Source of the DNA: Nitrosotalea sp.
GTDB lineage: Archaea; Thermoproteota; Nitrososphaeria; Nitrososphaerales; Nitrosopumilaceae
Direction of reading: 5' to 3'
Length of the DNA: 46,382 bases
NCBI GenBank assembly: GCA_023252335.1
Contig: JAJPEA010000001.1
Location: forward strand, 1-46,382
Shown: positions 10,312 through 20,314 of the stretch, piece by piece
How positions within the stretch are numbered: position 1 is the first letter of the stretch
Layout of the letters: the number at the start of each line of letters is the position of its first letter
Position numbers and translations under genes: made by a program
The notes under the pieces: model-generated
The model's database searches: none
What the model saw: only the letters and a program-made list of their open reading frames with translations
What the model was told of the DNA's origin: nothing

Positions 10312-11609
10312 TGCAAAAATCCTCCCGGTCCCAAGACACCTGCGTATAGCAATCCGAGAGCTATAAAGATGTTAATGAATGCAAGACCAATTAGTTTGTA
10401 CCAACCAGTGTGCAATATCATATCTATTCTAACTCGTGGGAAAACTCCACGCGGTAACAGAATTAAGAGTATAACTCCTACAGTCTTTATTACAAACCAC
10501 AACGTACCGTTGAGCATCTCCTGATCAAAAAGTGGCAATCCAGGGAACTTGGCAGTTACAGGGCCAATTGTAATTCCTTGAGTTACGATATCTTGTGGGA
10601 ATGGTGGCCAAACCATTGGACCATTCCAACCGCCAAGGAATAATACTACAAACAATCCTGCAAATGCATATAATTTCAAATAAGTTCCAAGTTGAATTAA
10701 TCCATACATCATTCCTGAGAATTCCGTTAACCATCCTGCAACTATCTCACTTTCTGCTTCTGGAAGATCAAATGGAACTCTTTCAAGCTCTGCCAATATT
10801 GTAATGAAGAATACTATGGCACCGATTGGAAGAAATGCTATCCACCAAAAGTGTTCTTGGGATACAACAATCTGTGAGAGATTCAAACTTCCAGAGAGTA
10901 TTACGACTCCAAGAAGTGAAAGTATCAACGGAATTTCAAAAGCAACCATTTGATGGAGTGCCCTAAGACCACCAATGAATGTCCATTTACTATTTGCTGC
11001 CCATGCAGTAAGTACAGCAATTATTGGAAAGAAACCAATGACTGCAAATACTGCTAAAAGTCCAACGTTAGGGTTTGCAACTACCCATCCCGGAGCAACT
11101 GGAATAAGAGAAACAAATGCACCAGCTGCACCAACAAACAACAATGGACCAAGCCAGAATATTGGTTTGTCAGCTTTTGCAGGAATGATGATCTCTTTGC
11201 TCATTAGCTTAAATCCGTCACCCATCAGTTGTAGTATTCCTTCTATTTTTCCACAATAGAGTGGACCAACTCTGAGTTGTATTTTTGCAAGGAATTTTCT
11301 TTCAACAAATATTGTTGCAGCTGCAAGCAATGCGGCAAATCCAAATCCTGGAAATGCCATCACTTTGAAGATAGTAGTATGCATAAAGTTCTTGACAATT
11401 GGCAAAGTACGTGATGGATCTGCCATCCAAGTCATTGCCAAATAAGGCGTCATCAGTTGATTGTTGATTACCGGCAGTTTGATGTAAAACAGTACGATGA
11501 AGACTATGGGCAATCCAACTAGACTGAAGATCAAAATGACCCAGAATATCAAATCAAACAAGGAGCCTATGAATCGGCTTAACCTAAACTGCGGTGCAAT
11601 AGTTGACAT
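10308..11609 (-). CDS. nuoH: Complex I subunit H
   Basis: ERKFLAKIQLRVGP, PFDLPEAESEIVAGWLTEFSG, PRVRID. Confidence 0.95.
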   Translation of the reverse strand: MSTIAPQFRLSRFIGSLFDLIFWVILIFSLVGLPIVFIVLFYIKLPVINNQLMTPYLAMTWMADPSRTLPIVKNFMHTTIFKVMAFPGFGFAALLAAATIFVERKFLAKIQLRVGPLYCGKIEGILQLMGDGFKLMSKEIIIPAKADKPIFWLGPLLFVGAAGAFVSLIPVAPGWVVANPNVGLLAVFAVIGFFPIIAVLTAWAANSKWTFIGGLRALHQMVAFEIPLILSLLGVVILSGSLNLSQIVVSQEHFWWIAFLPIGAIVFFITILAELERVPFDLPEAESEIVAGWLTEFSGMMYGLIQLGTYLKLYAFAGLFVVLFLGGWNGPMVWPPFPQDIVTQGITIGPVTAKFPGLPLFDQEMLNGTLWFVIKTVGVILLILLPRGVFPRVRIDMILHTGWYKLIGLAFINIFIALGLLYAGVLGPGGFLQ

Positions 11610-12743
11610 TTATCTATCTGCCTCCACAGGCCAATAATTAAGACCCCAGTAGACTGCTGGCATGTTACCTAGTTTTTCTCCTTTTAGCAAATATGGCATA
11701 CAAATCAAATTTCTAAACGAGCCGACGCTTATCTTTACTCTATAAGGTTCTGGTCTGTTGTTAGATACAATGTAATATCCAATTGCACCCCTTCCAGATT
11801 CGATTCTACGATAAACCTCATCGTTACCTCCTTTTGGATTTGGTTTTAATTTTGTGCGCACCGAACCTGATTTTGGCATCTTTTTTAATGCGTCTTTTAT
11901 TATTCTACAGCTTTCAAACATCTCAAGGTAAGGCACTCGAGATCTTGCATAGGAATCTCCTTCCTTGAGTACTATTGTTTGAAAGTCTAGATTTTCATAT
12001 ACATCGTATGGCTCTTTTTTCCTTACATCAAAATCAACACCAGATGCTCGAAGTACAGAACCAGTAGTACCAAGTCTGATAGCATCAGTTCTTGATAGTA
12101 TTCCACTTCCCTCTGTTCTTGCCCTCAAGAGAGGATTCTGATAAAATACTGCCTCGTATTCTTTGAGTCTTTTTTCAAAATATTCAACTTGACGTAAACA
12201 TCTTTCTTCAAAGTTAGATGGTAAATCGTTTCGTACTCCACCAGGTACTAGATATGCATGAGTTACTCTAGCACCAGACATTGCTTCTAAAAGATCAATG
12301 AAAAGTTCTCTATCACCTGCAGGCCACATGAACATAGTAGAGTGACCTAAGAATATTCCATAGATTGCTAACCAGTATAAAATATAGATACAACGATTCA
12401 GTTCTGCTGCAATTACTCGTATGTATTTTGCACGTTCTGGAACTTCAATCCCCAATAATTCTTCCACTCCAAGACAATATGGATACAAGATGTTGGAAGA
12501 ATCATGTATTACTGGTCTTTCAAGATGAGGAATGTTTTGAATATAATTTCTATATTCAGCCATTTTTTCTTCTCCTCGATGTACATAACCCGGATCAGGA
12601 TCACAAGAAACAATGTAATCTCCATCGACTTTGATGATTAGTCTCATGTGTCCAGAACCTGGATGTTGAGGACCTACGTTAAGTGTCATTATTTTGTCAT
12701 CCACTGTTTCAAGATGCATTCCTGGAGGTAGTTGTGTTGTCAT
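11610..12743 (-). CDS. nuoD: Complex I subunit D
   Basis: LNVGPQHPGSGH, GYVHRGEEK, C-terminal EADR; no NiFe-binding CxxC. Confidence 0.95.
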   Translation of the reverse strand: MTTQLPPGMHLETVDDKIMTLNVGPQHPGSGHMRLIIKVDGDYIVSCDPDPGYVHRGEEKMAEYRNYIQNIPHLERPVIHDSSNILYPYCLGVEELLGIEVPERAKYIRVIAAELNRCIYILYWLAIYGIFLGHSTMFMWPAGDRELFIDLLEAMSGARVTHAYLVPGGVRNDLPSNFEERCLRQVEYFEKRLKEYEAVFYQNPLLRARTEGSGILSRTDAIRLGTTGSVLRASGVDFDVRKKEPYDVYENLDFQTIVLKEGDSYARSRVPYLEMFESCRIIKDALKKMPKSGSVRTKLKPNPKGGNDEVYRRIESGRGAIGYYIVSNNRPEPYRVKISVGSFRNLICMPYLLKGEKLGNMPAVYWGLNYWPVEADR

Positions 12744-12744
12744 T

Positions 12745-13401
12745 TTATCGTCCCTTTATCTTGAAATCTTTTCTAAATGGTGGTATATCTGCCCAATCCT
12801 CTGGCAAAAGTAATCGTCTCATATCAGGATGACCTTCAAAATACACGCCAAACATTTCAAAACACTCTCTTTCGTGAAATTCTACACTATAAAATACATC
12901 ACGTAGTGATGGAGTTCTTGTTGCATCTGAACCTGGATTTGGAATATCTTCCCTTGGAACTCGAGTTGCAAGTGCAAAAATTTGTCTTCCTAGTTTTTCA
13001 TCAGTATAAGATCCTAGATGATAAATAACTTCAATTTCACTTGAATCCGGATAGTCAACACCTGATACAGATTCTGCATGATCATACTTTAGTTCATCTC
13101 GTATAAATTTAGCAACATCTACAATGTCTTCTCGTTTAGTAGTTGCTCTAATTCTGTCAGCTCTTACATAATCTACATGTATCTTATCGCCAAATTTTGA
13201 CGAAATTTTATCTGCTAGAGATTTTTCAAATGTCGGAATTGGTTTTGGCTTGACAGGAACATCGGGAGACAAGTCCAATCCTTTTTCTTCATAGAATTTT
13301 TTTGCCTCACCTTTTGACATTGAATCGGATTTGGTTATATTTTCAGAATGTTCCTCTGTAGTATCTTTAACTTCTACGTCCTTTTCAGTTCCAGAGCTCA
13401 T
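12745..13401 (-). CDS. nuoC: Complex I subunit C
   Basis: ERECFEMFGVYFEGHPDMRRLLLPEDW, PFRKDF. Confidence 0.95.
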   Translation of the reverse strand: MSSGTEKDVEVKDTTEEHSENITKSDSMSKGEAKKFYEEKGLDLSPDVPVKPKPIPTFEKSLADKISSKFGDKIHVDYVRADRIRATTKREDIVDVAKFIRDELKYDHAESVSGVDYPDSSEIEVIYHLGSYTDEKLGRQIFALATRVPREDIPNPGSDATRTPSLRDVFYSVEFHERECFEMFGVYFEGHPDMRRLLLPEDWADIPPFRKDFKIKGR

Positions 13402-13403
13402 TG

Positions 13404-13931
13404 TTATTTAGCCTTTGTCCGTTTTATTTTTTCTTGAAGTAACATGCATCCTTGAATTAATGTTTCAGGTCTTGGTGGACATCCGGGAACATAAACATCA
13501 ACTGGAAGAATTCCATCAATTCCAGGTAGTACGTTATACGAGTCAAAGTATAATCCTCCAGTTATTGCACATGCTCCCATTGCTATGACATATTTTGGAT
13601 CAGGCATCTGATCATAGACCATTCTTAATCTAGGAGCCATTTTTCTGGTAATTGTTCCCATGACAACTATGAGATCACATTGTCTGAGTGAACCAAATGC
13701 CTCAATAATACCAAATCTTTCGACATCATATCTAGGACTAGAGGCAGCACCAAATTCTACACTACAGCATGCTGTCTCAAGGTGTACCGGCCACAAGGAG
13801 TAGATTCTACCCCAGTTGATAGCCATATCAAATGGTTTTCCAACTGCCCTTATGAGGACATCACCAAGCTTTCCAACTAGAACATTAGTGGCATGCGGTG
13901 CTGTATCTTGGTTAAGCAGTTCTTTTAGCAT
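13404..13931 (-). CDS. nuoB: Complex I subunit B
   Basis: TACCSVE, MGACAITGG, VDVYVPGCPPRPE. Confidence 0.96.
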   Translation of the reverse strand: MLKELLNQDTAPHATNVLVGKLGDVLIRAVGKPFDMAINWGRIYSLWPVHLETACCSVEFGAASSPRYDVERFGIIEAFGSLRQCDLIVVMGTITRKMAPRLRMVYDQMPDPKYVIAMGACAITGGLYFDSYNVLPGIDGILPVDVYVPGCPPRPETLIQGCMLLQEKIKRTKAK

Positions 13932-13974
13932 TATTCTTCCCTATTCCGAGTCTTTCTTATATTTGATTTAAAAG

Positions 13975-14391
13975 TTACCAAATGTCCTTTCTCCCCGCTT
14001 GATATAATGCAAAGGCAAATGCTGCAAAAATTATTGCAAGAAATCCAATTATTGGGAGAGTTGCAGACTTAGGCAAATCAAGAATGCTGCTTCCCCAGGC
14101 ATACAAAAAGATCGATGCAACATCAAATACAACAAACATCAGGACAAATGAATAATACTGCATCATAAAGTGGGTACGTCCCTCTCCTTGTGGAACTTGG
14201 CCAGATTCCATAGGTAAAAACTTGACTGGGTTTGGAGTACGTCTTGGTGCAATCATTCTAGATAGAATTAGGGTTGGCCCTGTTGCCACAATTGCAAATG
14301 TGAATAACAATAAGATTGGACTGAAACTACTCGCAGCTTCTCCTACCAAAGTAGCTAACAAGCCAGTCGGAGAGTATAAAAATCTATGCAC
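13975..14391 (-). CDS. nuoA: Complex I subunit A
   Basis: PMESG, FVVFDV, LYAW; first gene of the operon; start uncertain. Confidence 0.9.
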   Translation of the reverse strand: MHRFLYSPTGLLATLVGEAASSFSPILLLFTFAIVATGPTLILSRMIAPRRTPNPVKFLPMESGQVPQGEGRTHFMMQYYSFVLMFVVFDVASIFLYAWGSSILDLPKSATLPIIGFLAIIFAAFAFALYQAGRKDIW

Positions 14392-14535
14392 ATTATACGA
14401 TCATAATTTTCATTGCCAACAAATTTTTCAATAATTTTGTTGAAAATTAATAATATCTTCAATTTTGCATATTGATCGATTTCAATCGTTTAATTTCTAA
14501 AATGATTGATATATGACAATACAAAAACATCCTTT

Positions 14536-15000
14536 ATGGTAAATGTTGGACAAAAAGCACCGCCCTTTACCTTAGTAGATACAGAATTAAAAATGCGAAG
14601 TCTGGACGAGTTTAAAGGAAAAAAAGTAGTCCTGTCATTTTTTGTAGCCGCAAGTTCTCCTGTATGTACAAAGGAAATGTGCACTTTCAGAGATGAATGG
14701 AATCAGATATCAAAACTTGGTGCTCAAGTAATAGGAATTAGCAATGATGGTCCATTTGCAAATAAAGCATTTGCAGAATCTCAGCATCTTAATTTTCCAG
14801 TACTTGGAGACTATAAGAGTCAGACAATAAGAGATTATGATATTCTAATGCCTGACTTGTTGCATGTAAAGGGATACGATGCAGCAAAGAGATCTGTGTT
14901 CATAGTAGATGAAAGTGGAAATATAGTCTACAAATGGGTTTCAGACAATCCATTGATAGAACCAAACTATCAAGAGATCATAAACTTTCTCAAGAAATAA
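14536..15000 (+). CDS. Peroxiredoxin (Bcp/AhpC-TSA family)
   Basis: VGQKAPPFTL, SPVCTKEMC (CxxxxC), AKRSVFIVD; start taken at MVNVG. Confidence 0.88.
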   Translation: MVNVGQKAPPFTLVDTELKMRSLDEFKGKKVVLSFFVAASSPVCTKEMCTFRDEWNQISKLGAQVIGISNDGPFANKAFAESQHLNFPVLGDYKSQTIRDYDILMPDLLHVKGYDAAKRSVFIVDESGNIVYKWVSDNPLIEPNYQEIINFLKK

Positions 15001-15100
15001 AGTGAAATCTCTTTTAATTTATTTTTAAAATGTATTGTGTATCAATTACGTATTAGTATAATTACTAAAATCTAAATATCAAGAACAACACTAGGATCAG

Positions 15101-15955
15101 ATGACTGTTCCAAAACAAAATGATCATAGAGATAATACATCTAAACTACAGTCACATGAATTAAAACAAAAATCTCTAAGACATGAATTTACCAATCTAA
15201 CAATAAAGGCAATAATTGTAGCAATAATAGCTTGGATTAGTTTATCCGTTTTTGAAATATTTGTTGCGCCAGTAATGGGACTTCAACACATACACATTCA
15301 GGTAACAAAAACGATTGTTACCATAATACTTGTGTTAGCAATCATTACTGCCGTCAGACGTATTATCAAAAGATTTTCAAATAAGATGCCAGCACAATTC
15401 TCTGCAAGCATTTCATTTTTTTCCATAATAGTGATAGCATTGATGGCAAGTATATCTTTGCTATATGAGTGGAATATAGAACCACAGGAGATTCTAGTTG
15501 GCGGAGGAGTTGCAGCAATTATTGTCGGTATTGGAGTATCAACAATAGTTGGCAACATATTTTCAGGAGGATTGATGCTTACAACATTTCCAGCCAAGAT
15601 TGGGGATTCAATTATGATAGTAAATGACAACATACACGGGAAAGTTGAAGAAATTAACATGCTATACACAAAGATAATCACAGATCATGATACAGAATAC
15701 ATAATCCCAAACAATGCAATAATACAAGGCAATGTACGAATTATAAAAGAAATTCCGCTAAATGAGCGATTACCATACAAGAAAGGGGACAAAATTGAAC
15801 TGAAGAATTCATCAGACAAATACACTGGGATTATCATCAAGATAACTCCAGAGTTCACAACCCTTCTAGATGAAAATAAAGAGATTACTATTACAAATAA
15901 TTCCATATTTGACGGCAAGTTCGTTATAACAAAAGACAGTACTAGACAGAATTAA
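15101..15955 (+). CDS. MscS-family mechanosensitive channel with a duplicated beta domain
   Basis: TM helices, GGGVAAIIVG...GNIFSG, PAKIGD...GKVEEI...IPNN. Confidence 0.85.
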   Translation: MTVPKQNDHRDNTSKLQSHELKQKSLRHEFTNLTIKAIIVAIIAWISLSVFEIFVAPVMGLQHIHIQVTKTIVTIILVLAIITAVRRIIKRFSNKMPAQFSASISFFSIIVIALMASISLLYEWNIEPQEILVGGGVAAIIVGIGVSTIVGNIFSGGLMLTTFPAKIGDSIMIVNDNIHGKVEEINMLYTKIITDHDTEYIIPNNAIIQGNVRIIKEIPLNERLPYKKGDKIELKNSSDKYTGIIIKITPEFTTLLDENKEITITNNSIFDGKFVITKDSTRQN

Positions 15956-16051
15956 TTATAAAAATACATGACATGTAGAAAATTCAGAATCATTAACAAA
16001 TTTTATTCAACAATAAAACATGAAATGATTTATCAATAATTTTAGAAATAT

Positions 16052-16564
16052 CTATTCAATCTCTGCGAGTACATCACTTTTTGCAACTGATGAACCCTGT
16101 TTCATTTTTATTGATTTTACAACACCGTCTTTATGAGATTTGATTGAAATTTGCATTTTCATAGATTCTAAAACACAAACTACATCACCTTTCTTGACAT
16201 TATCTCCAGCAGCAACATTTATCGACACGACTCTGCCAGGAATCTGACTTTTTAGATTTATTTGAGAATCAGAAGCAGAATCCGCTCCAGAATTTTTATA
16301 AACAATTTTGTCCATCTCGGGACGTTTGTTAAATGTCAACTTTACGCCGTCTACTACAAGTGTAATTCTGTTAGTACTGTTTTCAAGATATTTTGTAATG
16401 TGATAAACACTATCTAGCATAAACTCAACCTTGTCATGAGTCATAGTTACGATTTTGAGGTCACGTTCTTTTCCTTGTATTTTTAATACAAACTCATTAT
16501 TCCCAATGGACTTTACAATTTCTCCATCTAAATTTTCATCAGTGTTTTCTAGTTTGAATTTCAT
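16052..16564 (-). CDS. Acetyl/propionyl-CoA carboxylase biotin carboxyl carrier subunit
   Basis: LESMKM biotinylation motif; in an operon with biotin carboxylase. Confidence 0.92.
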   Translation of the reverse strand: MKFKLENTDENLDGEIVKSIGNNEFVLKIQGKERDLKIVTMTHDKVEFMLDSVYHITKYLENSTNRITLVVDGVKLTFNKRPEMDKIVYKNSGADSASDSQINLKSQIPGRVVSINVAAGDNVKKGDVVCVLESMKMQISIKSHKDGVVKSIKMKQGSSVAKSDVLAEIE

Positions 16565-16565
16565 A

Positions 16566-18059
16566 TCAATGCCTGTCCACTTGTGTTTTCCATCTAATGT
16601 TATGCTCTTTGCGTGGTTTTATTTTGTTTTTGAGAAATTCTGAATGTATTAGTGTTGCAGCTAGTGCGACTTCGGATTTTTGCGATGCTTCATTTTTCAA
16701 ATCACTCTGTAACCTGTCTAGTATCTTGAACCTATCAAGAAAGTCTGTTGACAAGTCACCATTGATGAATTCCTTGCTATTCAGTATAGTCTTGTATAGC
16801 GGTATAGCAGTTTCAACACCCTCAATGTAGAAATCAGATAGTGCTAGTGTCATTCTTTGTCTAGCTTCTTCAAAGTTTTGTCCCCATGTGATGAGTTTAC
16901 CCATAAGTGAGTCATAGTAAGGTGACACAGTACAACCAGGATAGAGATATGTGTCTACCCGCACTCCAGGACCTGATGGAATATTAACATCCCATATTTT
17001 TCCAGTCGATGGTGCAAAGTCTAGGAATGTATCTTCTGCATTTATTCTACATTCAATGGAACAACCATTTACTTTGAGATCTTTTTGTTTGAAAGGAATT
17101 TCTTTTCCATTTGCAATATCAATTTGTAATTTGACAAGATCAAGACCTGAAACTAGTTCAGTTACCGGGTGTTCAACTTGCAACCTTGCGTTTATTTCTA
17201 TAAAATAAAAGGTTCCATCATCTAATCTTAGAAATTCGGCAGTTCCAGCGTTAAGATAATCAACTGCAATTGCTGCATTTACTGCTAGCTCTCCTATTTG
17301 GTCACGTGTCTTTTGATCAACTACTGGAGATGGGGACATTTCGATGAGTTTTTGGTGTCTTCTTTGAATAGAACACTCTCGTTCAAAGATATGTACAGCA
17401 TTTCCATGTTTGTCACGTGCTAGCTGAAGCTCAATGTGTCTTATTTTTGGAAGGAATTTTTCAACAAATAATGCAGATTTTCCAAATGCTGCTTTGGATT
17501 CTCCAGAAGCAATCTCAAATGCTTCTCTTAATTCTTGTTCATTATGTACTAGTCTAATTCCTCTGCCCCCTCCACCGAAAACTGACTTGAGTAGAACAGG
17601 ATATCCAATGTCGTGTGCAATGTTCAATGCTTTTTCAACTTCTTCGACAATTCCAGGGCTTCCAGGCACAGTTGGAACTTTGGCTTTGATCATTGCCCCT
17701 TTGCACTCCATTTTATCACCACATAGTCTCATTGATTTACCAGAAGGCCCTATGAAATTGAGATTCTTTTTCTCACAAAGATCTGCAAAGTCTGCATTTT
17801 CAGAAAGAAACCCATATCCAGGATGGATTGCATCAGCTCCAGAGCTAATTGCAGTTTCTACTATTTTTTCCATGTTCAAATAGCTCTGTGCAGGAGGTGC
17901 AGGGCCTATATGATATGCTTCACTTGCCATCTTGACATGCTTTGAATTTACGTCCTCATCGGAATAAACTGCAACGGATTTTATTCCTAATGCATTACAT
18001 GTCTTGATGACACGAATTGCAATTTCGCCCCTGTTTGAGATTAGAATTTTCTTTATCAT
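16566..18059 (-). CDS. accC: Acetyl/propionyl-CoA carboxylase biotin carboxylase subunit
   Basis: NRGEIAIRV, HPGYGFLSEN, GGGGRGIR, RECSIQRRHQK, EINARLQVEHPVTE. Confidence 0.96.
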   Translation of the reverse strand: MIKKILISNRGEIAIRVIKTCNALGIKSVAVYSDEDVNSKHVKMASEAYHIGPAPPAQSYLNMEKIVETAISSGADAIHPGYGFLSENADFADLCEKKNLNFIGPSGKSMRLCGDKMECKGAMIKAKVPTVPGSPGIVEEVEKALNIAHDIGYPVLLKSVFGGGGRGIRLVHNEQELREAFEIASGESKAAFGKSALFVEKFLPKIRHIELQLARDKHGNAVHIFERECSIQRRHQKLIEMSPSPVVDQKTRDQIGELAVNAAIAVDYLNAGTAEFLRLDDGTFYFIEINARLQVEHPVTELVSGLDLVKLQIDIANGKEIPFKQKDLKVNGCSIECRINAEDTFLDFAPSTGKIWDVNIPSGPGVRVDTYLYPGCTVSPYYDSLMGKLITWGQNFEEARQRMTLALSDFYIEGVETAIPLYKTILNSKEFINGDLSTDFLDRFKILDRLQSDLKNEASQKSEVALAATLIHSEFLKNKIKPRKEHNIRWKTQVDRH

Positions 18060-18065
18060 ATCTAT

Positions 18066-19613
18066 CTAGAGATTAATATTCCCATGTTTTCGTGGAACCC
18101 TTCTTTCCCTTTTATTTGCTAAAGCATCCAAGGCACGAATTAGAGCTGGTCGTGTTTCAGCAGGATCAATTACGGAATCAATTGTACCATATGATGCTGC
18201 TACGTAAGGATTAGCAAATTTTTCTGTGAAATTATCAACTAGTTGTTTTTTTAATACAGCAGGATCTTTTGCAGAATCAAGTTCTTTTCTATTCATAATT
18301 CTTACAGCTGCCTCAGAACCAAGTACTGCTATCTGTGCAGTAGGCCATGCATAATTAACATCAGTTCCCAGATTCTTGCTTGCCATTGCAATGTAGGCTC
18401 CACCATAGGCTTTACCGATGATAAGTGTAATTTTTGGCACAGTAGCTTCACAATAAGCATACAAGAGTTTACTTCCATGACGGATAATTCCAGCATGTTC
18501 TTGCTGCGTTCCAGGCATATATCCAGGAGTATCAACTAGTGTGACAATTGGGATACCATAACAATCACAGAATCTAATGAATCGAGATGCCTTGTTAGAT
18601 GAATCAATATCTAATGCTCCTGCCAACACCATTGGTTGGTTTGCAACAATTCCTATTGTTTTACCATGAAGTCTTGCAAATCCAACTACAACATTTGGTG
18701 CAAATAATTCGTGTATCTCAAAGAATACATGATTATCAACAATAGAAGATATGATCTCTTTCATGTCATATGGTTGTAAAGGATTTTCTGGAATTATGTT
18801 TATGAGATTGTTATCTAGTCGGTTTGGATCATCACCAGTTTCTACAATAGGTGCTTCATCAGTACTGTTCTGAGGAATATACGACAAGAGTGTCTTGACA
18901 ATATCCATACAATGATACTCATTTTTTCCTACAAAGTGTGCAACACCGCTGTTTCTTCCGTGTGACATTGCACCACCGAGCTCATCAAAAGATACTTCTT
19001 CTCCAAGAACTGTCTTGACAACCTCTGGACCTGTTACAAACATGGTAGAAATCTTGTCAGCCATGATTACAAAGTCTGTCATTGCAGGAGAATATACTGC
19101 GCCTCCTGCTGATGGTCCCACACTAATAGTAATTTGAGGAACTACGCCTGATGCAAGTTGGTTATGATAGAATATACTAGCAAAACCATCAAGGCTTAGT
19201 ATGCCCTCTTGAATTCTTGCTCCTCCCGAATCAATTATTCCAATTATTGGGCATCCAACTTTGACTGCATGATCCATAATTTTTGTAATTTTCTTGGCTC
19301 CCATCTCACTTAGTGTTCCACCAAGAACTGTAAAATCATAGGCAAAAAGAAAAACTTGCTTTCCGTGTATAGTTCCATATCCTGTCACTACTCCATCGCC
19401 AAAGAATTTTTTGTTCTGCATGTCAAATTCATAATAATGATGAGTTGTCATGGCATCAATTTCTGTAAAGCTTCCCTCATCAAGCAGTAGGTCAATTCGT
19501 TCCCTGGCAGTCAGCTTACCCTTTTCATGCTGTCCTTGAATTCTTTCTTCTCCACCACTTTGCTCTGCCTGTCGCCTCTTATGTAAAAAATTTTTTATCT
19601 TTTCAGAGTGCAT
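18066..19613 (-). CDS. pccB: Acetyl/propionyl-CoA carboxylase carboxyltransferase subunit
   Basis: GKLTARERI, DSGGARIQEG, GKAYGGAY, C-terminal RKHGNINL. Confidence 0.95.
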   Translation of the reverse strand: MHSEKIKNFLHKRRQAEQSGGEERIQGQHEKGKLTARERIDLLLDEGSFTEIDAMTTHHYYEFDMQNKKFFGDGVVTGYGTIHGKQVFLFAYDFTVLGGTLSEMGAKKITKIMDHAVKVGCPIIGIIDSGGARIQEGILSLDGFASIFYHNQLASGVVPQITISVGPSAGGAVYSPAMTDFVIMADKISTMFVTGPEVVKTVLGEEVSFDELGGAMSHGRNSGVAHFVGKNEYHCMDIVKTLLSYIPQNSTDEAPIVETGDDPNRLDNNLINIIPENPLQPYDMKEIISSIVDNHVFFEIHELFAPNVVVGFARLHGKTIGIVANQPMVLAGALDIDSSNKASRFIRFCDCYGIPIVTLVDTPGYMPGTQQEHAGIIRHGSKLLYAYCEATVPKITLIIGKAYGGAYIAMASKNLGTDVNYAWPTAQIAVLGSEAAVRIMNRKELDSAKDPAVLKKQLVDNFTEKFANPYVAASYGTIDSVIDPAETRPALIRALDALANKRERRVPRKHGNINL

Positions 19614-19649
19614 TATTCGAATTACAGGCTATGTACAACCTATATTAAT

Positions 19650-19922
19650 TTAATCAGTTTTGACTTCTCTAATGCCATCTCGGCCGCCCTTTGCGTTACG
19701 GAAAACATTCATTCCAATATGGTAATTCTCCCACAATCCTTCTATAATTTGAAGCTCTTCTCTTGCAGACTGGATTGTTTCCTTTGTAGCCTGTGGTTCT
19801 GCCTCGGTTTTTGCAACCAAATTTCTCTTTTCCACAAGAAGATCCTCTAGTCCCACTTCATAATTGGACTCTCCATGAAAAGCTGGATCTAATGGAACAA
19901 TCTTCGTGGCGGGCTTTGTCAT
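19650..19922 (-). CDS. Hypothetical protein (90 aa)
   Basis: Fills the gap between same-strand genes; natural-looking composition. Confidence 0.6.
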   Translation of the reverse strand: MTKPATKIVPLDPAFHGESNYEVGLEDLLVEKRNLVAKTEAEPQATKETIQSAREELQIIEGLWENYHIGMNVFRNAKGGRDGIREVKTD

Positions 19923-19996
19923 TTGTTTTTCAATCTTGGGGGTTAGATTTTAAGGTTTTACAGTATGCCTTGAATTCTAGCCAGAATAGATCTTGG

Positions 19997-20314
19997 TTAC
20001 GGTTTAAGATTCAACATGGGATATCGTTTTGATACAGAAATTTTATACAACGAAAAAGCGTCTTTTTCCTCACTGCATCTCTTGCATATACACATTTGAG
20101 AGACTTTGTCTAGATCACAGTTATCTGCAAATTCACAATCAGGACATCCTGCAGAACCACCACAAACCATGCACTTTAGTTGTTTCACCTCAGCACAAGC
20201 TTGATGTTTTACGCCCAATCCCTTGGCCCACAGAGCTACCTCATTGACTTCAATCTTCTTATTACAAACAAGACATGTCCCAGGAAATTTCATAGGTATT
20301 GAACGCCAGCTCAT
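19997..20314 (-). CDS. Cys-rich putative zinc-finger protein
   Basis: C-x2-C-x19-H-x2-C followed by CxxC, CxxC, C and CxCxxC; start overlaps the rfcL stop (ATGA). Confidence 0.75.
   Translation of the reverse strand: MSWRSIPMKFPGTCLVCNKKIEVNEVALWAKGLGVKHQACAEVKQLKCMVCGGSAGCPDCEFADNCDLDKVSQMCICKRCSEEKDAFSLYKISVSKRYPMLNLKP

Noticed and set aside
4554-13028. Numerous 60-100 aa plus-strand ORFs within the nuo operon (and similar ones across the window)
   Set aside because: Antisense or alternate-frame shadows of well-supported genes
11610-13931. Possible group 4 hydrogenase
   Set aside because: The large subunit lacks NiFe-binding CxxC motifs, and the gene set matches complex I
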